Source of the DNA: Escherichia coli
GTDB taxonomy: Bacteria > Pseudomonadota > Gammaproteobacteria > Enterobacterales > Enterobacteriaceae
Length of the DNA stretch: 64,000 nt
NCBI RefSeq assembly: GCF_030013205.1
Contig: NZ_CP122648.1
Direction: 5' to 3' (one strand)
The position numbers and the translations under genes were made by a program. The notes beneath the pieces are model-generated. The model was not told the DNA's origin, ran no database searches, and worked only from the letters and a program-made list of their open reading frames with translations. The first letter of the stretch is position 1. Every line of letters begins with the position of its first letter. Of this stretch, positions 22,530 to 31,424 are shown one piece after another.

Positions 22530-23364
22530 GATTATCCCCTTCTCCTGCGTTGACGGGCCAGGCAGTCGTCTGGCTCTGTTTTTGCAGGGCTGCAATCTGC
22601 GCTGCAAAAACTGTCACAATCCGTGGACGATGGGGCGCTGTAATCATTGCGGAGAGTGCGTGCCACAGTGTCCGCATCAGGCGTTGCAGATTGTTGACGG
22701 CAAAGTGGTGTGGAACGCTGCGGTCTGCGAGCAGTGTGATACCTGCCTGAAGAGGTGTCCGCAACATGCCACGCCGATGGCGCAATCCATGAGCGTGGAC
22801 GAAGTGCTTAGCCATGTCCGCAAAGCGGTGCTGTTTATTGAAGGGATAACGGTAAGCGGCGGCGAAGCCACGACCCAACTGCCGTTTGTAGTGGCGCTGT
22901 TTACTGCTATCAAAAACGATCCACAACTGCGCCATCTCACCTGTCTGGTGGACAGTAACGGCATGTTGAGCGAAACCGGCTGGGAAAAATTACTCCCGGT
23001 GTGTGACGGCGCAATGCTCGATCTCAAAGCATGGGGTAGCGAATGTCATCAACAATTAACCGGACGCGATAATCAGCAGATTAAGCGCAGCATCTGTTTG
23101 CTGGCAGAGCGCGGCAAGCTGGCGGAACTGCGTTTGCTGGTAATCCCTGGCCAGGTGGATTATTTGCAACACATCGAAGAACTGGCGGCGTTTATCAAGG
23201 GACTTGGCGATGTTCCGGTACGCCTGAACGCGTTTCATGCCCACGGCGTGTATGGCGAGGCGCAAAGCTGGGCGAGCGCCACGCCGGAAGACGTTGAGCC
23301 GTTGGCTGATGCATTAAAGGTGCGCGGGGTGGGCCGGTTGATATTTCCGGCGCTGTATTTGTGA
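22501..23364 (+). CDS. yjjW: YjjW, glycyl-radical enzyme activating (radical SAM) protein
   Basis: 287 aa with a CNLRCKNC radical-SAM cluster plus two ferredoxin-like Cys clusters ([24 protein letters not shown]). Confidence 0.9.
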
Positions 23365-23365
23365 C

Positions 23366-23872
<507 letters not shown>

Positions 23873-23880
23873 AGGGTAAA

Positions 23881-24663
23881 CTACCCACTAACGCTAAACA
23901 ACGCATACGTATTATTAAGCAACACTTCGGCAATCTCATCTTCTGGTTCCGGGCGCAACTCGCAAAGCACGTCAAACACCCGCACAGCCTGTTCCGGTCG
24001 GTTAGGCTGCCCCTGAAAGCCGTTGAGCGGCATATCCGGCGCGTCGGTTTCCAGCAACAACGATGCCAGCGGTAATTTTGCGATGACATCGCGGGTTTTA
24101 CTGGCGCGTGGATAGGTGATAGTACCGCCTACGCCGATTTTGTAGCCCAGCTGTACAAACCGTTCAGCCTGTTGCTGGCTGCCAGAAAATCCGTGGACAA
24201 CACCAGCACGCGGCAAATCGTGGCGTTTAAGATGCATCGCCAGTTTGTCGTGTGTGCGCCGTGAATGCAGGATCACCGGCAGATCGTAGCGTTTCGCCAG
24301 TTTCAGTTGTTCGTCGAGTAACCACTGCTGCCTCTCAAATTGCGGATCGTCGCCGAAGAGATCCAGACCGTTCTCCCCCACCGCCACCACCTTCGCCGGA
24401 CGCCTTTCCAGCGCCTGCTGTAGCTGATCAAGAGACACATCGCTATGTTTTTCCAACATCCCCGGATGCAACCCCAATGCGGCATACAGCGGTTGATATT
24501 TTTCCGCTAACGCCTGCACGCGGGCAAAATTTTCCGCCTCTGTCGCCGGAACAATGATCTTGCCTACGCCCGCTTGTGCCGCGCGTTGCAGGCTGGCCTC
24601 TTCATCGCCACTAAACGGCGGGAAATCAAAATGGCAGTGGGTATCGATAAAACGGCAAATCAA
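23881..24663 (-). CDS. yjjV: TatD-family metal-dependent hydrolase YjjV
   Basis: 260 aa from a TTG start, MICRFIDTHCHFDFPPFSGDEEASLQRAAQAGVGKIIVPA... Overlaps the yjjU stop. Confidence 0.9.
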   Translation of the reverse strand: MICRFIDTHCHFDFPPFSGDEEASLQRAAQAGVGKIIVPATEAENFARVQALAEKYQPLYAALGLHPGMLEKHSDVSLDQLQQALERRPAKVVAVGENGLDLFGDDPQFERQQWLLDEQLKLAKRYDLPVILHSRRTHDKLAMHLKRHDLPRAGVVHGFSGSQQQAERFVQLGYKIGVGGTITYPRASKTRDVIAKLPLASLLLETDAPDMPLNGFQGQPNRPEQAVRVFDVLCELRPEPEDEIAEVLLNNTYALFSVSG

Positions 24664-25733
24664 GCCAGATCCTCATTGTTAAATGTCGGGTCGTTCGCCT
24701 GCGGAGCATCGCTCACTTCGGCAACCAGCGTATCGTTGGCGACTGGCGCAGGCGGAATAACGATCGATTCCGGCGTCACCACTGGCACCAGATGGCGGGT
24801 AAGCGGCGCTTTTTCAGTTAATAGCTTGCCAACCGTGGCGAGGAAATAACGACCGCATAAACGCCCAAGTTTATAGTCTTCACGCAGCGCCGGAACCCGA
24901 CTGCCAAGCGCGATACTATGTAATGGCTTCGGCGGATAAATTTCGAATATCCGCAGCTTGCCCGGTGGTTTCTCAATAAATTGCTGAATGTCACGATAGC
25001 TGGTTTCATGATGCTGCACCAGATTGACCAGCGGCTGCAGGCTACTGTCACCCAGCCAGCGTTCCATGCGTTTGAACCACTGCGGCGTGTAGTACATTTG
25101 TGACGGCACAGTGCGGATGACGACCAACGTTTTAGCGCCCTGCCTTGCCGCCTCTTTAACCGGAATCGCATCACTGATCCCGCCATCCAGGTAGTTAATG
25201 CCTTCCAGCGACACTCCGCTACGATAAAAGCCAGGTATCGCACTGGAGGCGCGAATCACATCCAGCCAGTTTTGTTTGGTTGGTAAAAAGTAATTCGGCG
25301 CGTAGTCATCCTGACGACAGGCGCACATATAAAACGATTTGCCGCTGTCAAACAACCGCGCGGCGGTATCCATTTGCAACGGCATCTGGCTTGCGGTGGC
25401 CTCCACCAGCCAGTCGAGATCGATAAGATTTCCTCCACGGACAAAGCGCAATGGATCGAAAAATTCGCGTTTTGTGGTATAGCGCATGATGACTTTGCGC
25501 GCGTAACCGGGCTGATTGCAGATAAACGCCGAGAGGTTCTGCGCCCCGGCAGATGTGCCGAGATAAAGATCGAAAGGATTAAACTGCGCGCGCATAAACT
25601 CATCCAGCACGCCAGCCGTGAAAATTCCACGCTGTCCGCCGCCTTCGCACACCAGAGCTATTCGTCCAGGCTGGAACGGCCTTAGCGACAACGGCGCAAT
25701 ATTACCAAGCGTTACAGGTATTCGCTGCCCCAC
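24660..25733 (-). CDS. yjjU: Patatin-like phospholipase YjjU
   Basis: GGGQRG oxyanion and GTSAG serine motifs are present. GTG at 25733 gives the K-12-like (M)GQRIPVTLGNIAPL.. start. The track ORF extends to 25769. Confidence 0.88.
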   Translation of the reverse strand: MGQRIPVTLGNIAPLSLRPFQPGRIALVCEGGGQRGIFTAGVLDEFMRAQFNPFDLYLGTSAGAQNLSAFICNQPGYARKVIMRYTTKREFFDPLRFVRGGNLIDLDWLVEATASQMPLQMDTAARLFDSGKSFYMCACRQDDYAPNYFLPTKQNWLDVIRASSAIPGFYRSGVSLEGINYLDGGISDAIPVKEAARQGAKTLVVIRTVPSQMYYTPQWFKRMERWLGDSSLQPLVNLVQHHETSYRDIQQFIEKPPGKLRIFEIYPPKPLHSIALGSRVPALREDYKLGRLCGRYFLATVGKLLTEKAPLTRHLVPVVTPESIVIPPAPVANDTLVAEVSDAPQANDPTFNNEDLA

Positions 25734-25854
25734 CTCTGCCTTCCTGTTTTTGTTGTGAAAGAATGACAAAGTAACGCAATTTATTATTCGCTAAAACCGC
25801 AAAAGCCAGTCCGCTGGACTGGCTTTGGATAAAATTTTCTTAATGGTCTGAAAT

Positions 25855-26016
25855 CTAGGGTCGTTTTCGGCCCATGAACAAACTCACCAGGAACAGAATA
25901 ATCCCGACGACAAAGACAATTTTAGCTGCGCCTGCAGCGGTACCGGCCAGACCACCAAACCCAAGTGCGGCGGCGATTAACGCGATAACCAGAAATATGA
26001 TGCCCCAACGAAACAT
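25855..26016 (-). CDS. ytjA: Small membrane protein YtjA (DUF1328)
   Basis: ATG at 26016 gives [53 protein letters not shown] (53 aa). Confidence 0.85.
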
Positions 26017-26142
26017 AAGCGTCTCCTTTACCATAGTTAATGTCACCGCTTGATATGAGCGTGAAAATCACTCAATGCGATATTTTTAGTGTGGTGCACA
26101 TCGCGCCTCCCGACAAAGTTCGGGAGGACGAATTACGACGAA

Positions 26143-26748
26143 TTACTTAGTTTTCAGATCATTTTTAACGCTTTTCACACCATCTACCGCTTTGGCGATA
26201 CTTTCAGCACGGTCACTTTGTGCCTGAGAATCTACGGTACCGGAGAGCTGAACCACGCCATCGGTGGTTTCAACTTTCACATGACGGGAAGGGACGATAT
26301 CGTCCGCCAGCAGTTTGGCTTTGATTTCACTGGTGGTGGCGGTGTCACCCGCGTAGCCCTTCACCGAGCCTTCTTTAGCGTCGCGAACGTGCAGTTTGTC
26401 GCTGACAGAGGTCACCCCTTCAACGCCTTTCGCCACTTTCACTGCCTCTTCGGCCTGGGCCTGGCTTTCAACGAAACCGCTCAGGGTCACGACTTTTTGA
26501 TCGGTTTTTACAGAGATATCGGTGCTCTTGATGTTGTCATGATCCACCAGGGCCGCCTTCACTTTCGCGGTGATGGCGCTGTCATCCATGAAATTACCGA
26601 CTTTATTCATAGAGCTATCGACTTTTTGCCCTACGCTTTCATTGGTAGTCTGCGCGTTGTTTTCCGCGTAGGCAGAGCCGGTCGCGACGGCAGAGGTCAA
26701 CATTACAGCCAGCAGAGTTTTCGAAATCTTCAGTCTTGTCATAGTCAT
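26143..26748 (-). CDS. osmY: Periplasmic hyperosmotically inducible protein OsmY (two BON domains)
   Basis: ATG at 26748 gives [38 protein letters not shown].. (201 aa). Confidence 0.95.
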   Translation of the reverse strand: MTMTRLKISKTLLAVMLTSAVATGSAYAENNAQTTNESVGQKVDSSMNKVGNFMDDSAITAKVKAALVDHDNIKSTDISVKTDQKVVTLSGFVESQAQAEEAVKVAKGVEGVTSVSDKLHVRDAKEGSVKGYAGDTATTSEIKAKLLADDIVPSRHVKVETTDGVVQLSGTVDSQAQSDRAESIAKAVDGVKSVKNDLKTK

Positions 26749-27140
26749 CGATTTATTCCTGTATGTTTGCTCGTAATTTGAGCCTGGCAACACGAGGTTG
26801 CATTGCTGAATAGGGAGAGACTTCACCCTCTACAGAAGTCAATGGTCGCCATCACAAAAGCGATGGGTGATGAATAACGACCATTACAGCCTCTGAATCA
26901 GTTATTAATATCGGTAGAATGACAATCGACGGCTTTAGATACTGATATCTACGCATTGAACGGTATTTAACGCCGTCAGAAATGTCATCACTTTGTTAAA
27001 TATAGATCACAATTTTGAAACCGCTCGGGATATCAGCGAAAACATAAGCAAAAGTGAATGTTTTAAGAACATTCCGTAAGCGGCTAATAAGGAAGGGAAA
27101 TTGACAGGGCGCAGCGGCTACCGCGCCCTGGAGGCAAGAA

Positions 27141-28727
27141 TTAATGCTCGCGGGTCTGGTGGAACTGAACGTCCGGATAACGTTCCTGTGCCAGGCGCAG
27201 GTTAACCATGCTGGTAGCGATGTAAGCGAGATTATCGCCGCCATCAAGCGCCAGTTGGCTTTCGTTCTTACGCTTGAACTCTTCAAATTTCTTCGCGTCC
27301 GCACATTCTACCCACCGGGCGGTGGCAACGTTGACTGATTCATATACTGCTTCAACGTTGTATTCGCTCTTCAGGCGCGATACCACTACATCAAACTGCA
27401 GCACACCAACCGCACCAACGATCAGGTCGTTGTTGGAGATCGGACGGAACACCTGCACCGCGCCCTCTTCGGAAAGCTGTACCAGCCCTTTGAGCAGCTG
27501 TTTTTGCTTCAGCGGATCTTTCAGGCGGATACGACGGAACAGTTCTGGTGCGAAGTTCGGAATACCGGTGAACTTCATCATCTCACCCTGGGTAAAGGTG
27601 TCGCCGATCTGAATGGTGCCGTGGTTGTGCAGGCCGAGGATATCGCCAGGATACGCTTCTTCAACGTGCGAACGGTCACCCGCCATAAAGGTCAGCGCGT
27701 CGGAGATAACCACATCTTTCGCGGTGCGCACCTGGCGCAGCTTCATGCCTTTTTCATATTTACCGGATACCACGCGCATAAACGCCACGCGGTCGCGGTG
27801 TTTCGGGTCCATGTTGGCCTGAATTTTAAATACGAAGCCGGTAAATTTGTCTTCGCTCGCTTGTACGGTACGGGTATCAGTCTGACGCGGCATCGGCGCA
27901 GGTGCCCACTCCACCAGGCCATCCAACATATGATCGACGCCGAAGTTACCCAGCGCAGTACCGAAGAATACCGGAGTGATTTCGCCCGCAAGGAACAATT
28001 CTTTGTCGAACTCGTTAGACGCGCCTTTCACCAGTTCCAGTTCGTCACGTAGCTGCTGTGCCAGATCTTCACCAACCGCAGCGTCGAGATCCGGGTTATT
28101 CAGCCCTTTAACAATACGGACTTCCTGAATCGTGTGGCCTTTACCGCTCTGATAGAGATAGGTTTCGTCTTTATAAAGGTGGTAAACGCCTTTAAACAGC
28201 TTGCCGCAGCCAATCGGCCAGGTGATCGGTGCGCAGCCGATTTTCAGCTCGTTCTCAACTTCATCGAGCAGTTCCATCGGGTCGCGGATATCACGGTCAA
28301 GTTTGTTCATAAAGGTGAGGATCGGCGTGTCGCGCAGACGGGTAACTTCCATCAGCTTACGGGTACGATCTTCAACACCTTTTGCGGCGTCGATAACCAT
28401 CAGGCAGCAGTCCACCGCCGTCAGGGTACGATAGGTATCTTCCGAGAAGTCTTCGTGCCCCGGGGTGTCGAGCAGGTTAACCAGGCAATCGTGATACGGA
28501 AACTGCATCACAGACGTAGTAATGGAGATCCCACGCTGCTTTTCCATCTCCATCCAGTCCGACTTAGCGTGCTGGTTGGAACCACGGCCTTTTACTGTAC
28601 CGGCGGTCTGAATGGCCTGTCCGAACAGCAGCACCTTCTCGGTGATGGTAGTCTTACCGGCGTCCGGGTGAGAAATAATTGCAAAGGTTCTTCTTTTCGC
28701 TACCTCTGCGGCCAAAAGGCTTGTCAT
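27141..28727 (-). CDS. prfC: Peptide chain release factor 3, with prophage-supplied first codons
   Basis: From residue ~8 onward ([33 protein letters not shown]..) it matches RF3 to the C-terminal ..VQFHQTREH. The N-terminus here is MTSLLAAE, whereas the orphan native 5' end at 53497-53571 encodes MTLSPYLQ. Confidence 0.9.
   Translation of the reverse strand: MTSLLAAEVAKRRTFAIISHPDAGKTTITEKVLLFGQAIQTAGTVKGRGSNQHAKSDWMEMEKQRGISITTSVMQFPYHDCLVNLLDTPGHEDFSEDTYRTLTAVDCCLMVIDAAKGVEDRTRKLMEVTRLRDTPILTFMNKLDRDIRDPMELLDEVENELKIGCAPITWPIGCGKLFKGVYHLYKDETYLYQSGKGHTIQEVRIVKGLNNPDLDAAVGEDLAQQLRDELELVKGASNEFDKELFLAGEITPVFFGTALGNFGVDHMLDGLVEWAPAPMPRQTDTRTVQASEDKFTGFVFKIQANMDPKHRDRVAFMRVVSGKYEKGMKLRQVRTAKDVVISDALTFMAGDRSHVEEAYPGDILGLHNHGTIQIGDTFTQGEMMKFTGIPNFAPELFRRIRLKDPLKQKQLLKGLVQLSEEGAVQVFRPISNNDLIVGAVGVLQFDVVVSRLKSEYNVEAVYESVNVATARWVECADAKKFEEFKRKNESQLALDGGDNLAYIATSMVNLRLAQERYPDVQFHQTREH
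28666..28679. repeat. att core copy 1 (prophage/prfC junction)
   Basis: GGGTGAGAAATAAT (minus strand ATTATTTCTCACCC, codons I-I-S-H-P of prfC) is repeated exactly at 53507-53520. Confidence 0.7.
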
Positions 28728-28747
28728 AATTGTTGTCTCTTTAATTA

Positions 28748-28862
28748 TGTACAATCATATGTACAAAGAAAAATTCATGCCGCTGATTGTACATTTTGGA
28801 GGTATCAGAGCATAGCAGAACATGATCAGTAGGTGTATTTGTAGCCAAAGAACATTTGTACA
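28748..28862. repeat. Cluster of four TGTACA-core sites (candidate integrase arm-type sites, prfC-proximal end)
   Basis: TGTACA at 28748, 28760, 28788 and 28857, in the contexts tATGTACAAt, tATGTACAAa, aTTGTACATt and tTTGTACATg. A mirror cluster lies at 53286-53342. Confidence 0.45.
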
Positions 28863-28887
28863 TGCAGCAATCTTTGTTCTATTGACA

Positions 28888-28931
28888 CTGTTTATTCATA
28901 CAGTTAAAAATAACACTGTATACAAACACAG
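28888..28931. promoter_or_regulatory. Two tandem LexA (SOS) boxes in the dinI-like promoter
   Basis: CTGTTTATTCATACAG (28888-28903) and CTGTATACAAACACAG (28916-28931) both fit CTGT-N8-ACAG. TTGACA at 28882-28887 precedes box 1, and the ATG of the DinI-like gene is at 28947. Confidence 0.75.
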
Positions 28932-28946
28932 TGTAGAGGGATTTTT

Positions 28947-29195
28947 ATGCGTATTGAGATCTGCATAGCTAAAGAGAAAATGACTAAAATGCCAAGCGGT
29001 GCTGTGGATGCGTTAAAGGAAGAATTAACTCGACGCATCAGTAAGCGTTATGACGATGTAGAGGTGATCGTAAAAGCCACCAGCAACGATGGCCTTTCTG
29101 TTACGCGCACCGCCGATAAAGATTCAGCTAAAACTTTTGTTCAGGAAACTCTGAAAGATACCTGGGAGTCTGCTGACGAGTGGTTTGTTCATTAA
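28947..29195 (+). CDS. DinI-like protein (prophage-encoded)
   Basis: 82 aa, [59 protein letters not shown], parallels E. coli DinI (MRIEVTIAK..AIDAL..ELSRRI....ILQETWESADDWF). Confidence 0.85.
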   Translation: MRIEICIAKEKMTKMPSGAVDALKEELTRRISKRYDDVEVIVKATSNDGLSVTRTADKDSAKTFVQETLKDTWESADEWFVH

Positions 29196-29226
29196 GTTCA
29201 TCATCTCTGGACACCATTCACTTGTA

Positions 29227-29256
29227 TTGACTTTAAGATCATTAAATTGTAATAAT
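29227..29256 (+). promoter_or_regulatory. Candidate sigma70 promoter of the RT cassette
   Basis: TTGACT (29227-29232), a 17-nt spacer, then TAATAA preceded by TG. This predicts a start near 29262. Sequence match only. Confidence 0.35.
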
Positions 29257-29260
29257 TCAA

Positions 29261-29397
29261 AAGGATGGGGCAGGTTTTTCCTCTTGTGCATGCAAGGGCG
29301 GCTCTGATAATGAACAGTAATATTTTACTGTTGAGCTTATGCTCACTGATCCTGCCGGGCAGGATGTTCAATGATTCCAATATATCCTGCCCCTTCC
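29261..29397 (+). ncRNA. Candidate structured leader / ncRNA upstream of the SLATT-RT pair
   Basis: Closing helix GGATGGGGCAGG (29263-74) with CCTGCCCCTTCC (29386-97). Internal hairpins at 29313-29332 (8 bp, perfect), 29333-29344 and 29349-29365 (17-nt palindrome). The 8-mer ATCCTGCC recurs. Confidence 0.35.
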
Positions 29398-29417
29398 GCT
29401 TTTAAAAAGGATCTTTT

Positions 29418-29969
29418 ATGCATGACAATATTTGGTTTACATATAAAGCCCGTATCCAAGCGCACCATCGACTAGAATGGCTTGAAAAGCACTCTCAATT
29501 TATCCTCGTTTGGTATGCTATATTGAGTGCGGTACTTTCAATTGTAACGTTGCGATTTCCAAAAGTTCTAGGAGATAACACAGATATCGTTGCGGCAATA
29601 CTTTCGGTGGCCCTACTGGGTATTTCGCTGATCGTATCTAACCTAGATTTTCGTGGTCGAGCAATAGCCATGAGAAGGAATTATATTGCACTACAGCGAC
29701 TCTATTTTGACATTACCACCAGTCAACAGTTAACTCTTGAACAGAAAGAAAAATATTTTAATTTGCTCAATGAGGTTGAGAATCACCGTGACATAGATGA
29801 TAAAATTTCAAGGGTAACTCAAGTTGGACTTACGACGAGGATCCCCACACAAAAAGAAAAAATAATTGTTATTTTATGGATATTACTTCGAATATTTACT
29901 ACTGCCGCCCTTTATATACTCCCATTAATATATCTTTGGATTGACTATGACTGCAAGCAGAATTTTTAA
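29418..29969 (+). CDS. SLATT-like 2TM (+1 C-terminal TM) membrane effector candidate
   Basis: 183 aa. An N-terminal amphipathic helix (IWFTYKARIQAHHRLEWLEK) is followed by TM hairpin FILVWYAILSAVLSIVTL / IVAAILSVALLGISLIVSNL, a helical middle and a C-terminal TM IIVILWILLRIFTTAALYILPLIYLWI. RBS AAGGA upstream. The 3' end overlaps the RT start. Confidence 0.6.
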   Translation: MHDNIWFTYKARIQAHHRLEWLEKHSQFILVWYAILSAVLSIVTLRFPKVLGDNTDIVAAILSVALLGISLIVSNLDFRGRAIAMRRNYIALQRLYFDITTSQQLTLEQKEKYFNLLNEVENHRDIDDKISRVTQVGLTTRIPTQKEKIIVILWILLRIFTTAALYILPLIYLWIDYDCKQNF

Positions 29970-31317
29970 AAAGTCATTCTCGAAAAAAAACCTTCTAAAA
30001 GTATACACTGAAAAAATCAAAGAATCAGGAGCGATTGGCATAGATCGGATTCGCCCATCAAAACTTGATTTGACAATAAAAAATGAGATCGCTTTCATTT
30101 TTGAAAAGGTTAACTCTGGCAATTACAAATTTACAGCATATAAAGAAAAATTAATATCTAAAGGCGCTAACTCTACACCCAGACAGATTTCCATACCAAC
30201 TGCTAGGGACAGAATTACTCTTAGAGCTCTCTGTGAATGCCTTACGGAAATATATCCTAACTCCAGATTAAAACTACCACATACAGTAATTGACTCATTG
30301 AAAGAAGCATTAAACAGCAGTCTTTATGCTGAATATGCAAAAATAGATCTTAAAAGTTTCTATCCTTCAATTGAACATAAATTGATAATTAATGCAATAA
30401 AAAATAAAATTAGAAAAAAAGAAATTAGACAGTTAATAACATCATCATTAATCGTGCCTACTGTAAGTGGAACAACAGGAAGCAAAGGTATCCCGAATAA
30501 TACCAGAGGAGTACCTCAGGGATTAGCGATATCAAACATTTTAGCTGAAATATCACTATCTAATTTTGATGATGAAATCAATAAAATGCATGACATATGG
30601 TACATGCGATACGTTGATGACATTCTTATTTTAACACCAAAATATCAAGCAACAAAAATAGCTTCTCATATCATTGATAAGCTTCAATCATTAAATTTAA
30701 ACCCACATCCATTAAATGAAGAGAACTCAAAATCCAAAGTAGGCAGCTTGGATGAAAGTTTTAACTTTTTGGGATACCACATAGAAAATCGAGAATTATT
30801 GATAAAACATGAGAGCATTCTTAGATTTGAGTCATCTTTAGCAAGGATTTTTACTGCATACAGGCACGCTCTACTACAAGCTAAAAGTAAGCGTGATAAA
30901 GAACGAGCTGTTGCATATTGTCAGTGGAAACTAAATCTCAGAATTACGGGATGTGTGTTTGAAGGTAAACGATTGGGATGGGTATCGTACTTCTCACAAA
31001 TAACCTCAACAGCTCAACTTCGCTCTGTTAATCATACTATCAATAATCTTATCCGCCGATTCGGCCTTTCATCAGAAATAAAACCAAAGTCTTTGATTAA
31101 AACTTTCTATGAACTCCGCAGAGGTAGAGCGGAGACTTTTAAATACATACCTAACTTTGATAATTTACATATATCTCAGAAACGAGAACTTGTTTCTATG
31201 TGGATAGGTAAAGAGAAGGAAAAAAAACTTAGCAATAGTGAAATAGAGAGGAAGTTTAAATTTAAAATTGCGAAATCAGTAAAAGAGCTTGAAGAGGATA
31301 TCTCAGGAATATCATAG
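29947..31317 (+). CDS. Reverse transcriptase (non-retron, group-II-intron-like / UG-DRT-like)
   Basis: Motifs RQISIPTARDR, AKIDLKSFYPSI, RGVPQGLAISNILAEI, YMRYVDDILIL (YVDD at 30610-30621), FNFLGYHI and a maturase-like LGWVSYFSQ. ATG at 29947 (TTG at 29941 is also possible). Confidence 0.9.
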   Translation: MTASRIFKKSFSKKNLLKVYTEKIKESGAIGIDRIRPSKLDLTIKNEIAFIFEKVNSGNYKFTAYKEKLISKGANSTPRQISIPTARDRITLRALCECLTEIYPNSRLKLPHTVIDSLKEALNSSLYAEYAKIDLKSFYPSIEHKLIINAIKNKIRKKEIRQLITSSLIVPTVSGTTGSKGIPNNTRGVPQGLAISNILAEISLSNFDDEINKMHDIWYMRYVDDILILTPKYQATKIASHIIDKLQSLNLNPHPLNEENSKSKVGSLDESFNFLGYHIENRELLIKHESILRFESSLARIFTAYRHALLQAKSKRDKERAVAYCQWKLNLRITGCVFEGKRLGWVSYFSQITSTAQLRSVNHTINNLIRRFGLSSEIKPKSLIKTFYELRRGRAETFKYIPNFDNLHISQKRELVSMWIGKEKEKKLSNSEIERKFKFKIAKSVKELEEDISGIS

Positions 31318-31380
31318 ATATGTAATCCATTAAGTCCTTTAAATATACCGCAATAAACACACTATTTAAACTCACAAACC

Positions 31381-31421
31381 AGCCGCAGTATCCTGCCATG
31401 GCAAGTTACTGCGGCTTTTTA
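31381..31421 (+). terminator. Rho-independent terminator after the RT gene
   Basis: AGCCGCAGTA..TACTGCGGCT is a 10-bp stem followed by TTTTT. The loop carries another ATCCTGCC copy (31390-31397). Confidence 0.65.
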
Positions 31422-31424
31422 TAT

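Noticed and set aside
26996-27304. A 102-aa minus-strand ORF spanning the osmY-prfC intergenic region and the 3' end of prfC.
   Set aside because: It overlaps the prfC C-terminus out of frame and crosses the prfC terminator hairpin (~27103-27127). It has no RBS.
29265-29405. A 46-codon open frame (MGQVFPLVHARAALIMNSNILLLSLCSLILPGRMFNDSNISCPFRF) covering the structured leader.
   Set aside because: Not called as a CDS. The ATG directly abuts the only purine-rich stretch, so there is no SD spacing. A 46-codon open frame is not statistically unusual, and the repeated complementary 8-mers are better explained by RNA structure. I keep it as the alternative hypothesis.
29941-31317. Interpreting the RT as a retron RT or as a group II intron-encoded protein.
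   Set aside because: The protein has YVDD and FLGY-type motifs and lacks the retron NAxxH/VTG signatures. No domain V-like or other intron RNA structure flanks it, and it has no En domain. Its start is embedded in the upstream membrane-protein gene. The inverted repeats in the leader are retron-like only superficially, so I kept a retron-type ncRNA as an open alternative in the findings rather than as a call.
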